A stretch of DNA of 64,000 nucleotides, from positions 52,016 to 116,015 of the forward strand of contig JAWKWW010000009.1 in assembly GCA_041397385.1 (NCBI GenBank), written 5' to 3'. The translations under genes and the position numbers were made by a program. Below the pieces are notes generated by a model, which saw only the letters and a list, made by a program, of their open reading frames with translations, was not told where the DNA came from and made no database searches. Shown here in pieces: positions 41,497 through 51,371 of the stretch. Position 1 is the first letter of the stretch, and the number at the start of each line of letters is the position of its first letter. The DNA is from Paracoccaceae bacterium. GTDB lineage: Bacteria > Pseudomonadota > Alphaproteobacteria > Rhodobacterales > Rhodobacteraceae.

Positions 41497-42453
41497 ATGA
41501 ACAATGATAAGGCCCTTGATCTCACGCTGCTCAGAACCTTCCTCGCGGTTGCCGAAGCGGGAAACCTGTCGGTCGCCGGTGCCGGGCTTGGTCTGTCGCA
41601 GCCAACCGTCTCCCAAAACTTGAAACAGCTGGAAGCCAACCTCGGGCTGAAGCTCTTGCGGCGTGAAACGCGGCCCTTCGGATTGACCCCGGCGGCCGAG
41701 GTGTTGCTGCAGGAACTTCCAGGCATTATTGCCCGGCTGGAGGCGTTGCTGGCAAAGGTGCGGTCAAGCCAGGAAAGCCGCCAGGTCCTGCGCATCGCCA
41801 TGCCCGACAGCCTGTCCTGTGTCCTGGGTGCGGAAATCCTTGCTGCCGCAGGTCGCCTTGCACAAAGGCTGGAACTGCGCGCCGGAGTCTCGCCATGGAT
41901 CGAGGAAATCCTGCGCGCAGGTCTGTGCGACCTCGCAATCGATTGTCCTCCGTTTGCACCGAACAAGAGCAAGAACCGTCAGCTTCTGTTCCACGATCCC
42001 TACGTGGTGGTGACCCCTCGAACCATGGCAGAGATCCTGCTGCCGCAGCTTGTTCGCGACAAGCCCCAGGTTGCCTTCGGAAGGACTTCCAAGTTCGGGA
42101 CCGCGACTTCGGCTATAGCGGTCGAGTTGGGCGCAACCGAACCGGCGCGGTTCAGCTTCGATTCAACCCACAGCCTGCTACGGTTCGTTCAGTCCGGCTA
42201 TGGCTGGGCCGTAACCTCCGCACTATGCCTTCTTCAGGCGCCGTCCGCGCTGCGCGATCTGGCCGTGCATGACTGCCTTCCCAACCACAAACGAAGTTTT
42301 TTTCTGCTGGCAAGTGCCGGTGCCAGAGGAGAAGTCGCAGACAGGTTCGCCACGCACGCAACGTCGGTGTTCCGACTGGCGCTTGCGGAAAGATGGCGCG
42401 AGTCTTCATCGTCTCTGACAGAGCTCATTGCAAACGCGAACGATGCCGCCTAG
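41497..42453 (+). CDS. LysR-family regulator
   Basis: LRTFLAVAE..LSQPTVSQNLKQLE. Confidence 0.88.
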   Translation: MNNDKALDLTLLRTFLAVAEAGNLSVAGAGLGLSQPTVSQNLKQLEANLGLKLLRRETRPFGLTPAAEVLLQELPGIIARLEALLAKVRSSQESRQVLRIAMPDSLSCVLGAEILAAAGRLAQRLELRAGVSPWIEEILRAGLCDLAIDCPPFAPNKSKNRQLLFHDPYVVVTPRTMAEILLPQLVRDKPQVAFGRTSKFGTATSAIAVELGATEPARFSFDSTHSLLRFVQSGYGWAVTSALCLLQAPSALRDLAVHDCLPNHKRSFFLLASAGARGEVADRFATHATSVFRLALAERWRESSSSLTELIANANDAA

Positions 42454-42637
42454 CAATCGACATAGGCACCAAAGCCCGATGATCGTGGCCGTCGTGGCGG
42501 CATTTCCCGCCGCCTCGCTGTCGGATGAACAGCAATCTGCCACACCCGCGGGGACGCGCCCGAGCGGACAAGCCCCCGTGTCTCAGCACGGTTTGGCCAT
42601 ACAGAAGCGGTACGGCCGCCGCATCAGCAACGCCGGT

Positions 42638-43451
42638 GGGCTTGTCAGAAGGATTTCGGTTGAGACGAGCAGGACAGCCTCGTAGCGTCGGAACATGAAC
42701 AAATCCGACCCGTTCAAAGGCTTTCACAGCAGCCCAGAAATCACCCGCCTTGCGGTGATGCTGTATGTCCGCTTCCCATTGTCGCTCCGGAATGTCGAAG
42801 ATCTACTGCACGAGCGCGGTGTCGATATCAGCCACGGGACGGTGCGGTACTGGTGACACAGGTTTGGTCCCATGTTTGCCTCCGAGATCCGAAAGCACCG
42901 GATCGAAGGGATGAAATCGAGCCGCTGGCGTTTGCACCTCGACGAAGTCTTGGTGAAGATCAATGCGAGCGGCATTACCTCTGGCGGGCCGTCGATCACT
43001 AAGGGGAGGTTCTTGAGAGCCTCGTCACGAAGACGCGTGACAAGCGGGCGGCTTTGAAGTTCCTCAAGAAAGCAATGCGGAAACATGGTCAGCCCGAGGT
43101 CATCGTGACCGACAAACATCCGTTCCTACGGTGCCGCGTTGAAGGAGATTGGCGCTGGCGACCGGCAGGAGACGGGTCGCTGGATGAACAACAGGGCAGA
43201 GAACTCGCACCTACCATTCCGACGACGGGAGCGGGCGATGCTCCGTTTTCGGCGGATGCGAAGTCTTCAGAAGTTCGCCGCCGTCCACGCCTCCGTCTCA
43301 AACCATTTCAACCAGGAACGCAGTCATTCCAGCAGACCCCTCTTCAAGGCCAACCGCGCCGCCGCTCTCGCCGGGTGGCGCAGTCTCTGCGCGGCATAAG
43401 GGACAACCAACCTGCCCTTGTGGAGACTTGTTCGAATCCGTCTGGCAGCAC
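42638..43451 (+). mobile_element. IS6-family element, transposase pseudogene
   Basis: YVRFPLSLRNVEDLL, HLDEV.VKI, NNRAENSH; imperfect terminal repeats; internal stop and frameshifts. Confidence 0.85.
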
Positions 43452-43561
43452 AAGACGGGCGGGTCGTTGGCCCAGTCATGACCACGGGCAAGGTAGCGGT
43501 CGAGGTTGTCGCGCAATTACCGGTCGATGACCTCCGGAATTTCGGCGATTTCTGCCGCCAT
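43452..43561 (-). pseudogene. SIS-domain sugar isomerase/deaminase N-terminus, cut by IS6
   Basis: MAAEIAEIPEVIDR, last gene of the sugar operon. Confidence 0.5.
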
Positions 43562-43578
43562 GAGGTGTCCTGACCCGG

Positions 43579-44313
43579 TCATGCGGACACCCCAGTGATC
43601 ATGGCGATGATCTCGTTCTTGTCGGCCTTGGCGGTGTCACGAATACCGATCTGCTGTCCCCGGCGCAGGACGCAAATGCGGTCCGACAGGCGGAAGACCT
43701 GATCCAGGCTATGTGAGATGATGAAAATCGCGAGGTTACGCGCCTTCAGTGCCTCGATCGTCGCCTCGACCCGGGCGGTTTCGGCCACGCCCAAAGCCGC
43801 CGTCGGCTCATCCAGCAGGACCAGTTTCTTGGCCCAATGCGTGGCCCTTGCAATCGCTACACCTTGGCGCTGGCCACCGGACAGATCGCGGATCGTGGCC
43901 GAGGCCGACGGGATGCGAACGTCCAGTTCCTTCACCAGTGCATCGGTTTCGGCGATCATCCGTTTGCGGTCCAGAAGGCGGAAGGGGCCCTTGACCGGCT
44001 CACGCCCCAGAAAGAGGTTCATGTAGACGGTCTGCTGATCGGCAAGGGCCAGGTCCTGATAGACCACCTCGATCCCCCGTTCACGTGCGACGGAAGCATC
44101 GGCAAAGCTGGCGGGCTGCCCGTCCAGCAGGATATCACCGGATGTCGGCGGGTGGACGCCAGAGATCATCTTGATCAGCGTTGACTTGCCCGCGCCGTTG
44201 TCGCCGACAAGGGCGACCACTTCGCCCGCATGCAGGTCCAGCGAGAAATCCTGGATGGCGGTGACGCCGCCAAAGGATTTGCGGATGTTCTTCAATTGCA
44301 GAACGGGCGTCAT
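43579..44313 (-). CDS. Sugar ABC transporter ATP-binding protein
   Basis: GDNGAGKS, LSGGQRQ, LDEPT. Confidence 0.92.
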   Translation of the reverse strand: MTPVLQLKNIRKSFGGVTAIQDFSLDLHAGEVVALVGDNGAGKSTLIKMISGVHPPTSGDILLDGQPASFADASVARERGIEVVYQDLALADQQTVYMNLFLGREPVKGPFRLLDRKRMIAETDALVKELDVRIPSASATIRDLSGGQRQGVAIARATHWAKKLVLLDEPTAALGVAETARVEATIEALKARNLAIFIISHSLDQVFRLSDRICVLRRGQQIGIRDTAKADKNEIIAMITGVSA

Positions 44314-45527
44314 GGCAGGGCCTTGCGAAGCTGGGGCCAGGGTTCGGTCTGGCCAAAGATGTTGTCGATGGAAACGACATGGGGGGTTCCAGTGGAGACG
44401 CCCGCAATCCCGACGGCATAGGCGCGAGTGACGAAGGCCTGGCCGCGAAAGCCGAAGACGACGGTGTCGCCCGTGCGGGGCGGCGTCGGACCGGCGGCAT
44501 CAATCATGCCGTAGTAGTCGATGGAGGACGGGGGCGGGATTTCGACAGACCGGAGGGCCGCGTCATCGGTGGAGGGCTCGGGGCCGACCAGCGCCTTTAC
44601 GTCATAGTCCGGAAAGACCGGGTCGATGTAAAGGCCGCCACCGAAGCAATAGGCGCGTCCGGCATGCTGGTGACTGACTTCGGTCAGATAGAGCACGGCA
44701 GGGCGTTCCGGCAGGTCCTCGACGGCGTGCAAGGGCGTGGTGCCGTGAAGGCCGTTGCCGGGTTCGACCTGCGTCGCCCCTGCCTCGGCCAAGGCTTGTA
44801 GTGTGACAAGCGAGGTAGTGCCGGGGGCGTTGATTTCGAGGTCGGCGAACCCCGAGCGGCGCAGGGCATCGGCCGTGCGCTGGAGCGTGGCGAGGTTCGG
44901 CGTATGGCGCACCTTGCGGGTGGCGTGATCGTAAAGCTGGGCGGGGAAGGTCGTGATCCCGGCAAAGCGCGCGCCGGGCAGAGCATTGATCCGTCGGGCG
45001 GCCTCTACGGCGGCTTCGGCGGCAAACCCGCCCTCATGACCACGGTAGAACGTGTCGCCCTGCGTCTGGACACGGGCGAGAATGGCCTGCTGCCGCCCGG
45101 CTGCCTTGGCTGCCGCTGCGGCCTCAGTCGCCTTGTCGTCAGAAAACACTGTCCAGTAGTCGGGTGTGATGTCGCGTGCAGCCATGGCCGCCTCGGCGCG
45201 CGGCACCTGCACAAGGTGGCCAAGATGACCCACCCGTAGCCCCGCGTTGTGGCAGGCGATGGCGCAAGCCATGTCGACGGCCACGCAGCGGTCGATGCCC
45301 CCTGCCATGACTGCCCGCGAAAATCCGGTCTGGCGGCTGACCTGCTTGGTCATGGCGAAGACCTTCAGGCCCAGCCGGTCGCCTTCGGCCCGCAACAGCC
45401 GGGCGTTTTCGGTTATGGCATCCAGATCGAGGACATAGGAATTGGCGGGGATCGCACCTGACTGATGCAGGGCCTGCGCAGCAAGGATGAACGCGGGATT
45501 GCGACGGCGAAGAACGTCAAGGAACAT
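44310..45527 (-). CDS. YhfX-family PLP-dependent enzyme (alanine racemase-like fold)
   Basis: YVLDLD, FAMTKQ, GHLGHLVQ, HEGGF, NAPG, EPGNGLHGTTP, EVSH, FGFRGQAFVTR. Confidence 0.85.
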   Translation of the reverse strand: MFLDVLRRRNPAFILAAQALHQSGAIPANSYVLDLDAITENARLLRAEGDRLGLKVFAMTKQVSRQTGFSRAVMAGGIDRCVAVDMACAIACHNAGLRVGHLGHLVQVPRAEAAMAARDITPDYWTVFSDDKATEAAAAAKAAGRQQAILARVQTQGDTFYRGHEGGFAAEAAVEAARRINALPGARFAGITTFPAQLYDHATRKVRHTPNLATLQRTADALRRSGFADLEINAPGTTSLVTLQALAEAGATQVEPGNGLHGTTPLHAVEDLPERPAVLYLTEVSHQHAGRAYCFGGGLYIDPVFPDYDVKALVGPEPSTDDAALRSVEIPPPSSIDYYGMIDAAGPTPPRTGDTVVFGFRGQAFVTRAYAVGIAGVSTGTPHVVSIDNIFGQTEPWPQLRKALP

Positions 45528-45540
45528 GGATGACCTCCGA

Positions 45541-46488
45541 TCAGCGGTTGGGTTCGCGGAGCGAGACGGCGACGGCGGCCAGAACGATCAGGCCCTTGAT
45601 GATCATCTGCCAGGAGACAGACAATCCCATAAGGATCAGGCCGTTCGACAGCATCCCCATCATCAGGCTGCCGACCAGCGCGCCCGGAATGGTGCCTCGC
45701 CCGCCGGTCAGCGCGGTGCCGCCCACGATGACGGCAGCAATGACCGTCATCAGATCGCTTTCGCCCAGGGTGTAGCGTGCAGCCTGCAACCGCCCGGAGT
45801 ATAGCAGGCCCGCGAGGCCCGCGCAGAATCCCGAAAGGACCAGCACCGACAGGCGCAACCGCGCGACCTTTATCCCCGAGACGAGGGCCGCGCGCGGGTT
45901 GTCGCCGGTGGCCAGCACATGCGCACCGTAGCGGGTTTCACGAAAGACCAGATGGCCGATGACCAGCGCCGCGACAGTCCAAAGGACCAGCGAGGGGATG
46001 CCGAAGGCCTTGCCGCCGCCGAAGATCGCGATGAAGGGTTCTGCCGTCACCGGGATGGATTGCAGGTTCGACAGCTCTCGCGCCAGCCCTGCGACCACGC
46101 CCATGGTGGCCAGGGTCACCAGAAAGGACGGCAGGCGCGCATAGGCCACGATGGCGCCGTTCACCAGCCCGACGGCCATGCCGGTCGCAAGGCCGGCGAG
46201 CACACCCGCCGGCCAAGGGTGGGCACGCATCACCATGGCCGCGACGATGGCAGCCAGCGCCACGGCGGCGCCAAAGGAAAGGTCAATCTCTCCTGCGGCC
46301 AGCACGAACACGAGACCGACCGCCAGTACCGTCGCCGGGGCTGTCTGGAGGACGATGTTGGTCAGGTTTTGGGCCGACAGGAAGCCGCGGTCCCAGAGCA
46401 TGACCGAAAAGAACAGAAAGATCAGGATGAAGCCAGCGTAGACGATCAGTCCCTGCAAGGCGGCGCGCGAGGGGAGGGTAAGGGTCAT
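45541..46488 (-). CDS. Sugar ABC permease
   Basis: GEIDLS, PSFLVTL, IAAVIVGGT. Confidence 0.9.
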   Translation of the reverse strand: MTLTLPSRAALQGLIVYAGFILIFLFFSVMLWDRGFLSAQNLTNIVLQTAPATVLAVGLVFVLAAGEIDLSFGAAVALAAIVAAMVMRAHPWPAGVLAGLATGMAVGLVNGAIVAYARLPSFLVTLATMGVVAGLARELSNLQSIPVTAEPFIAIFGGGKAFGIPSLVLWTVAALVIGHLVFRETRYGAHVLATGDNPRAALVSGIKVARLRLSVLVLSGFCAGLAGLLYSGRLQAARYTLGESDLMTVIAAVIVGGTALTGGRGTIPGALVGSLMMGMLSNGLILMGLSVSWQMIIKGLIVLAAVAVSLREPNR

Positions 46489-46550
46489 GGCAACTGTCCG
46501 CTGGGAAATCGGAAAGCCGCGCCCGAACGGGCCGGGCGCGGCTGACGGGG

Positions 46551-47612
46551 TCACTTCAGCGCGTCAAGCACCGACGCCGGAGCATCCTTGCGCAGCGACG
46601 TCTGCCAGCCCTCAGCAACGTTGTCCTTGGTCACTGACAATGCGGGCGCAACGATGAAGGGCGGGTTTTCGATACCCAGCACGGCACGGGCCCCGACGGC
46701 AGCCATCGCGCGACCCAGTTCATAGGCCTCGTCCGCCACGATCCCGGCCACGTTTCCGCCCTTGACCATGTCGAGCGCGATAGGTTCCGACAGGTCCAGC
46801 GTAACGATCTTGGTCGTGGTGTTGCCGTTGGCGCGAAGGGCCGCCAGCACACCCTCTGCAGGCCCGGCCCAGGTGACGTAGATCCCGCCCAGATCGGGGT
46901 TCTGCAGGAGCATTGCATTGGCGATCTCTTCGGCCCGCGCAGGGTCGCTGATCCCGGCCTCGGCCACGATCTGCATGTCGGGATAGCTGGTTTCGATCGT
47001 GGTCTTGAAGGCGTTGTCGCGCTGGTTGGTCACGTAGTAGGCGGCGTCGTGATAGATCCAGCCGACCTTGCCCTTGCCGCCCATTGCGGTGGCCAGGACG
47101 TCCGCCGCCTGCTTGCCCATCTGGAAGAGGTCGTCGGTGACGATGGCCCCGTAGTCCGCCGGGTGCTTGTAGTCGGCGGGCAGGTTCGACAGGAACACGA
47201 GCTTCACGCCCGCCTCGCTGGCCTTCTTGAACGCCACTGCCGAGGCAACAGGGTCAAGCGGCAGGGACAGGATGATATCGGGGTCAAGCGCCAGCGTGGT
47301 TTCCACGTCAGCCAACTGCTTGGCACTGTCGAACCCCGCCGAGGTGGTGGCGACAACCTCGATCCCGAGCCGGGTGAACTCATCCGTCGCACCTGCCGTG
47401 ACCGCGTTGACGAAATCCGCCTGGTCGTGCCAGAGCAGCGCGGCCTTGAGCCCCTTGCCCTGCAGTTCCGCCGCTTGGGCATCGTCGACGGTGATCCCGG
47501 CGGACGGGGTTGCCGCCTCGCCCGAAGGGCCGACGGTCTGCGCTGCGGCGGGCAATCCAAGCAGCGCCAGCACCGAAAGCGATGCCAGAAGGTTCCGAGT
47601 AGCGAATGTCAT
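46551..47612 (-). CDS. Sugar ABC substrate-binding protein
   Basis: Signal peptide; RbsB-like fold features. Confidence 0.85.
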   Translation of the reverse strand: MTFATRNLLASLSVLALLGLPAAAQTVGPSGEAATPSAGITVDDAQAAELQGKGLKAALLWHDQADFVNAVTAGATDEFTRLGIEVVATTSAGFDSAKQLADVETTLALDPDIILSLPLDPVASAVAFKKASEAGVKLVFLSNLPADYKHPADYGAIVTDDLFQMGKQAADVLATAMGGKGKVGWIYHDAAYYVTNQRDNAFKTTIETSYPDMQIVAEAGISDPARAEEIANAMLLQNPDLGGIYVTWAGPAEGVLAALRANGNTTTKIVTLDLSEPIALDMVKGGNVAGIVADEAYELGRAMAAVGARAVLGIENPPFIVAPALSVTKDNVAEGWQTSLRKDAPASVLDALK

Positions 47613-48894
47613 GGTCTTTCTCCCTGATGTTGGCCCGGGTTTTCGGGCAGGATTCCGCAAGTGGTCGCGATGAAGGCGGCAAAGGCGAGGATGCCGTCGT
47701 GGTAGTCGGCAAGCGGCACGCGCTCGAAATTGGTGTGGCAGATCGAGATGTCGCCGGGCGCGCAGTAGACCGCCGGGATGCCGATCTGTTCGGTAAGAAA
47801 GGGCATTTCCGACCAGAAGGGTGCGCCTTCGATCCCGCCGCGATCGGGGCGGACGGCCCGGATGCAGCTTGCAAGGCCGTTGGTCAGCGGGTGGTCCAGC
47901 GGGATGCCCGTGGGCGATCCCCCGCGCGAATGATCGCGCCCGGCCGGAAAGACGATCTCGACGCCGATGTCCTCCGGAACCGCTCCGCGGATCACCGCCT
48001 CAATCTCGGCCGTCGCCTTGTCCAGACTGTCGCCCGGCAAGAGCTATCCGATAAGCGAGAACCTGCATTCGCCGGGAACCGCGATCAGCCCGCCGGCCTC
48101 CAGCCCGGTCACCAGAACGAAGGCGCGGCCCAGCAAGGGGTCCTCTGCCGCTGCAGACAGCCGGTCGGAATGGTCCCAGATCGCCTGCAGCACACGGTGC
48201 CCGGCCTTCAGCGCGTCGCGGCCCAGATCCGGGCGACCGAAGTAGGCGGATTTCCCGATTAACGTCACCTCGGCGATGTAGAAGCCGATCTGCACCGGCA
48301 GAACCTGCAGGCGCGTCGGCTCGACATAGACGGCAAGGTCCGGGCGCGGCTGATCGCCCCGGATAACTGAATTGACCCAGTGCCGGGCCCCTGCGCTGAT
48401 CCCGGTTCCCGGCTCTCCGCTTTCCTCGTCGCCGACAAAGGCATAGGAGACGCTGCCCGCCAGCCCGATGCCCGCCCGGTCAAGCAGGTCCAGCGCCGCA
48501 AGTGACGTGCAGATGCCCGCCTTGAGGTCTGCCGCCCCGCGCCCCCACAGTTCGCCGTCAATGATGGCGGCACCGAACGGATCCTGCTGGGGTTGACCAG
48601 CCCAGTGCGCATCCCAGTCCCGCGGATGGACGACATCGGTATGCCCGATGAACAGAAGGTCTGGACCGGGCCCCGCCCCCTTGCGCCGCCCCGTGATGTT
48701 CGGTCGCCCTGGCAGAAAATCTTCCGCCTGCGGATCAAGGCCAAGCCGCGCCATCTCTGGCCGCAACAGCGCGACCATTGCGGCCTCGTCACCGGTCACC
48801 GATGCGGCCTGACAGCCCTGGTGAAAAGGTCGGTCGCAGCTACGGTGTCGAGATGCGGACGCAGACGGGCGACAAGGGCATCCGCGCCGGTCAT
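47609..48894 (-). CDS. M20 metallopeptidase/deacylase, ArgE/DapE-like (frameshifted)
   Basis: GHTDVV, GRGAADLKAG, DEESG, CH. Confidence 0.82.
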
Positions 48895-50111
48895 CCGACT
48901 GCCCTCCGCATCGCACCGGCCTTCGGAATCGGCAAAGTGACCGACGCACCTGGGGCGGACTGGGCGAAAAGTGCGGTGTGCAGCTCGGTCAGGCCGATCG
49001 CAACAGCGCCGCTCAGCGCGGCATGGTCGCCAAGCGCGCTTGGGACGACATGAATGGGAAACGGAAAACACCGTTCAAGCTCGGCCTTGGTTGCCGCGAT
49101 GATCTCGGGGCGCGCGCCGATAGACCCGCCCAGGATCACCCTCTCGGGCGCGATCACGGCGCCAAGTGTTGCCACCGCTCGCGCCATTTGCCGCGCGACG
49201 CCGTCCAGTACGGATTGCGCTGCAGCCTCCCCTTCGGCAGCCGCACTGAAGATCGACGGCACGTCCAGCGTCTTTCCGGTGGCGGCATGGTAGTCCGAAC
49301 GAATGCCATGTGTGGCCGTTACGCGTTCAAAGGCACCGACGCGCAGGGACTCAGCTTCGAAAGGATCGGCTCCGAAGGGCAAGTAGCCAAGTTCGCCTGC
49401 GGCGCCAGTGGCCCCGCGCAACAGCGCTCCGTTGACAATCAGGCCCGCCCCGATACCGGTGCCAAGCGCTATGAAGGCGAGGTGGTCGATGCCCTGGCCC
49501 GCGCCAAGCCACTGCTCGCCGAGGACCGCCAGGTTGACGTCGTTTTCCAGGATGACCTGGGTCTGCGTTGCTGCGGCCACCGCAGCGCGGAAGTCGAAGC
49601 CGTCGATGTTTGCGATGTTGGGCGCATAGCGCACTGCGCCTGTGACCTGGTCAGGCACACCCGGACAGCCGACCACGGTCTGCCGAACCTTCTGCCGGTC
49701 AACTTCGGCTTCTTCCACCGCCACTGCGACAAGATCACCGATCTGCCGTGCCACCGATTGCCCACCAGCGGGATGCGTCGGGGCGACCGCTTCGGCGACG
49801 ACCGCCCCCGAAAGATCGACGATGGCCACGCGCAGCTTTGTTCCGCCAAGATCGACAGCGACCATGAAGGCACTGTCCGTTACCAGTTCATAGGTGGTTG
49901 CCGTCCGTCCGACATGTCCAGATGTGCGGCCGGTTTCCCGAACCCATCCATCCTCTTCAAGGATTCGGACAAGTTCCGACACGGTCTGCTTTGAAAGCCC
50001 AGTCTGTTTGGAGATCGAAGCGCGCGAGATCGGCCCGCAGTGGATGATCGCCTGCATCGCCATGCAAAGTGAGACCTGCCGGGAGAAGGAGTGGGACTGC
50101 GCAGGCTCCAT
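48891..50111 (-). CDS. ROK-family transcriptional regulator
   Basis: ISRASISKQTGLSKQTVS HTH; DLGGT; ENDVN; GELG. Confidence 0.92.
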   Translation of the reverse strand: MEPAQSHSFSRQVSLCMAMQAIIHCGPISRASISKQTGLSKQTVSELVRILEEDGWVRETGRTSGHVGRTATTYELVTDSAFMVAVDLGGTKLRVAIVDLSGAVVAEAVAPTHPAGGQSVARQIGDLVAVAVEEAEVDRQKVRQTVVGCPGVPDQVTGAVRYAPNIANIDGFDFRAAVAAATQTQVILENDVNLAVLGEQWLGAGQGIDHLAFIALGTGIGAGLIVNGALLRGATGAAGELGYLPFGADPFEAESLRVGAFERVTATHGIRSDYHAATGKTLDVPSIFSAAAEGEAAAQSVLDGVARQMARAVATLGAVIAPERVILGGSIGARPEIIAATKAELERCFPFPIHVVPSALGDHAALSGAVAIGLTELHTALFAQSAPGASVTLPIPKAGAMRRAVG

Positions 50112-50122
50112 GAGTCACCTTA

Positions 50123-50147
50123 TTAATTCGTTCTATAGACGAACTAA
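50123..50147. promoter_or_regulatory. ROK operator-like palindrome
   Basis: TTAATTCGT-N7-ACGAACTAA just upstream of the ROK gene. Confidence 0.5.
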
Positions 50148-50404
50148 CTATAGCGAATCGGTTCCGTCAACCGAATCCTTCTGTCGACCCGAGCGAGCTA
50201 AATGCTTGGCTCTGCCACGGCGGTCAGGTTGGCGTCAGCTCGGCGCGGCGTAAGGGCTGGCCATTATGCCCGTGTAAAGACGAGTTCGAATTGGTCTGAC
50301 ACCACCGCCACTTGCCCTTGCAGATGCCCTGAAACCCGCACCGTCGCTTCTGGTGGCCCCTGCGTCGGGTCGGTGTTGACTGCGGGGTCCCGGGCCGGTG
50401 AAAG

Positions 50405-51124
50405 TCAGCGGCTCAGGAAGCGGTCGACCAGCGTATTGAAAAGCGACGGCCATTCCAGATGGACGGCATGGGCGCAGCCGGGGACAACTGCAAGTTGGCT
50501 ACCCGCGATGCCCTGCCAAAGCGCGTGAATCTGTGGCCATGGATAGGTTCGATCCCTGTCGCCCCAGAGAACAAGCGTAGGGCAGGTGAACCCGGCCAGC
50601 GCGCCTTCGCCGTTCCAGCCCTGCATGGCCCGCAACCCCGCGATGATAGCCGGGAGGCGCGACCGTTCGGCGATGGCGGCGCAGGCGGCGTATTCGGGGG
50701 CGGCCTCGGTTTCAAGAAACCAGGTGGCCGAGATCTGCCGGGCCGTGGCGCGCGGGCCTTCGGTCCTGGCACGCTCGATCGAGGTTTCAATGGGTTCGAA
50801 GCGGCCGGGCAGGGTGCCTTTCGGTCCGGTGGCGTAAAGCACCAGCCGATCGACTCTGTCAGGCGCCTGGCGTGTGATCTCTTGCGCGATCATGCCGCCC
50901 ATCGAATGGCCCATCAGGTCGAAACGGCCATGCCCAAGGCTTCTCAACTCCTGCAAGACCCAAGCGCCGTGTTCGGCTATCGAGGGTAGGGGCGCTTCGT
51001 CGGCGCGCGCGCCGAAGCCCGGCAGGTCCAGCGCAACCAGGGGGCGGTTTTGCCGCAGCGGGTCCTGCTGCTTCCACTGACTGCCGCCCCCCATGAACCC
51101 GTGCACGAGGACAAGAGGGTTCAT
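50405..51124 (-). CDS. Alpha/beta fold hydrolase
   Basis: LVHGFMG, DLPGFG, GHSMGG, AHAVH. Confidence 0.9.
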   Translation of the reverse strand: MNPLVLVHGFMGGGSQWKQQDPLRQNRPLVALDLPGFGARADEAPLPSIAEHGAWVLQELRSLGHGRFDLMGHSMGGMIAQEITRQAPDRVDRLVLYATGPKGTLPGRFEPIETSIERARTEGPRATARQISATWFLETEAAPEYAACAAIAERSRLPAIIAGLRAMQGWNGEGALAGFTCPTLVLWGDRDRTYPWPQIHALWQGIAGSQLAVVPGCAHAVHLEWPSLFNTLVDRFLSR

Positions 51125-51371
51125 CGCCGGCCGCCCTGGACGATGCGATCAAGGATCATGGCGCAGAAGAGGATGGAAAAGCCGGCAAGAATGCCTTGCC
51201 CGACATTGGCGTATTGCAATGCTTCTAGAACGTCCTCGCCAAGCCCCTTGGCGCCGATCAGCGAGGCGACCACTACCATGGCCAGCGAAAGCATGATTGT
51301 CTGGTTGATCCCGGTCCGGATCGAGGGGGCGGCGAGAGGGAGATCGACCTTCGTCAAGAGATACCACTTGT
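51096..51371. repeat. Direct repeat of about 275 bp, copy 1 (3' end of the betaine permease gene)
   Basis: Near-identical to 55051-55330. Confidence 0.9.
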
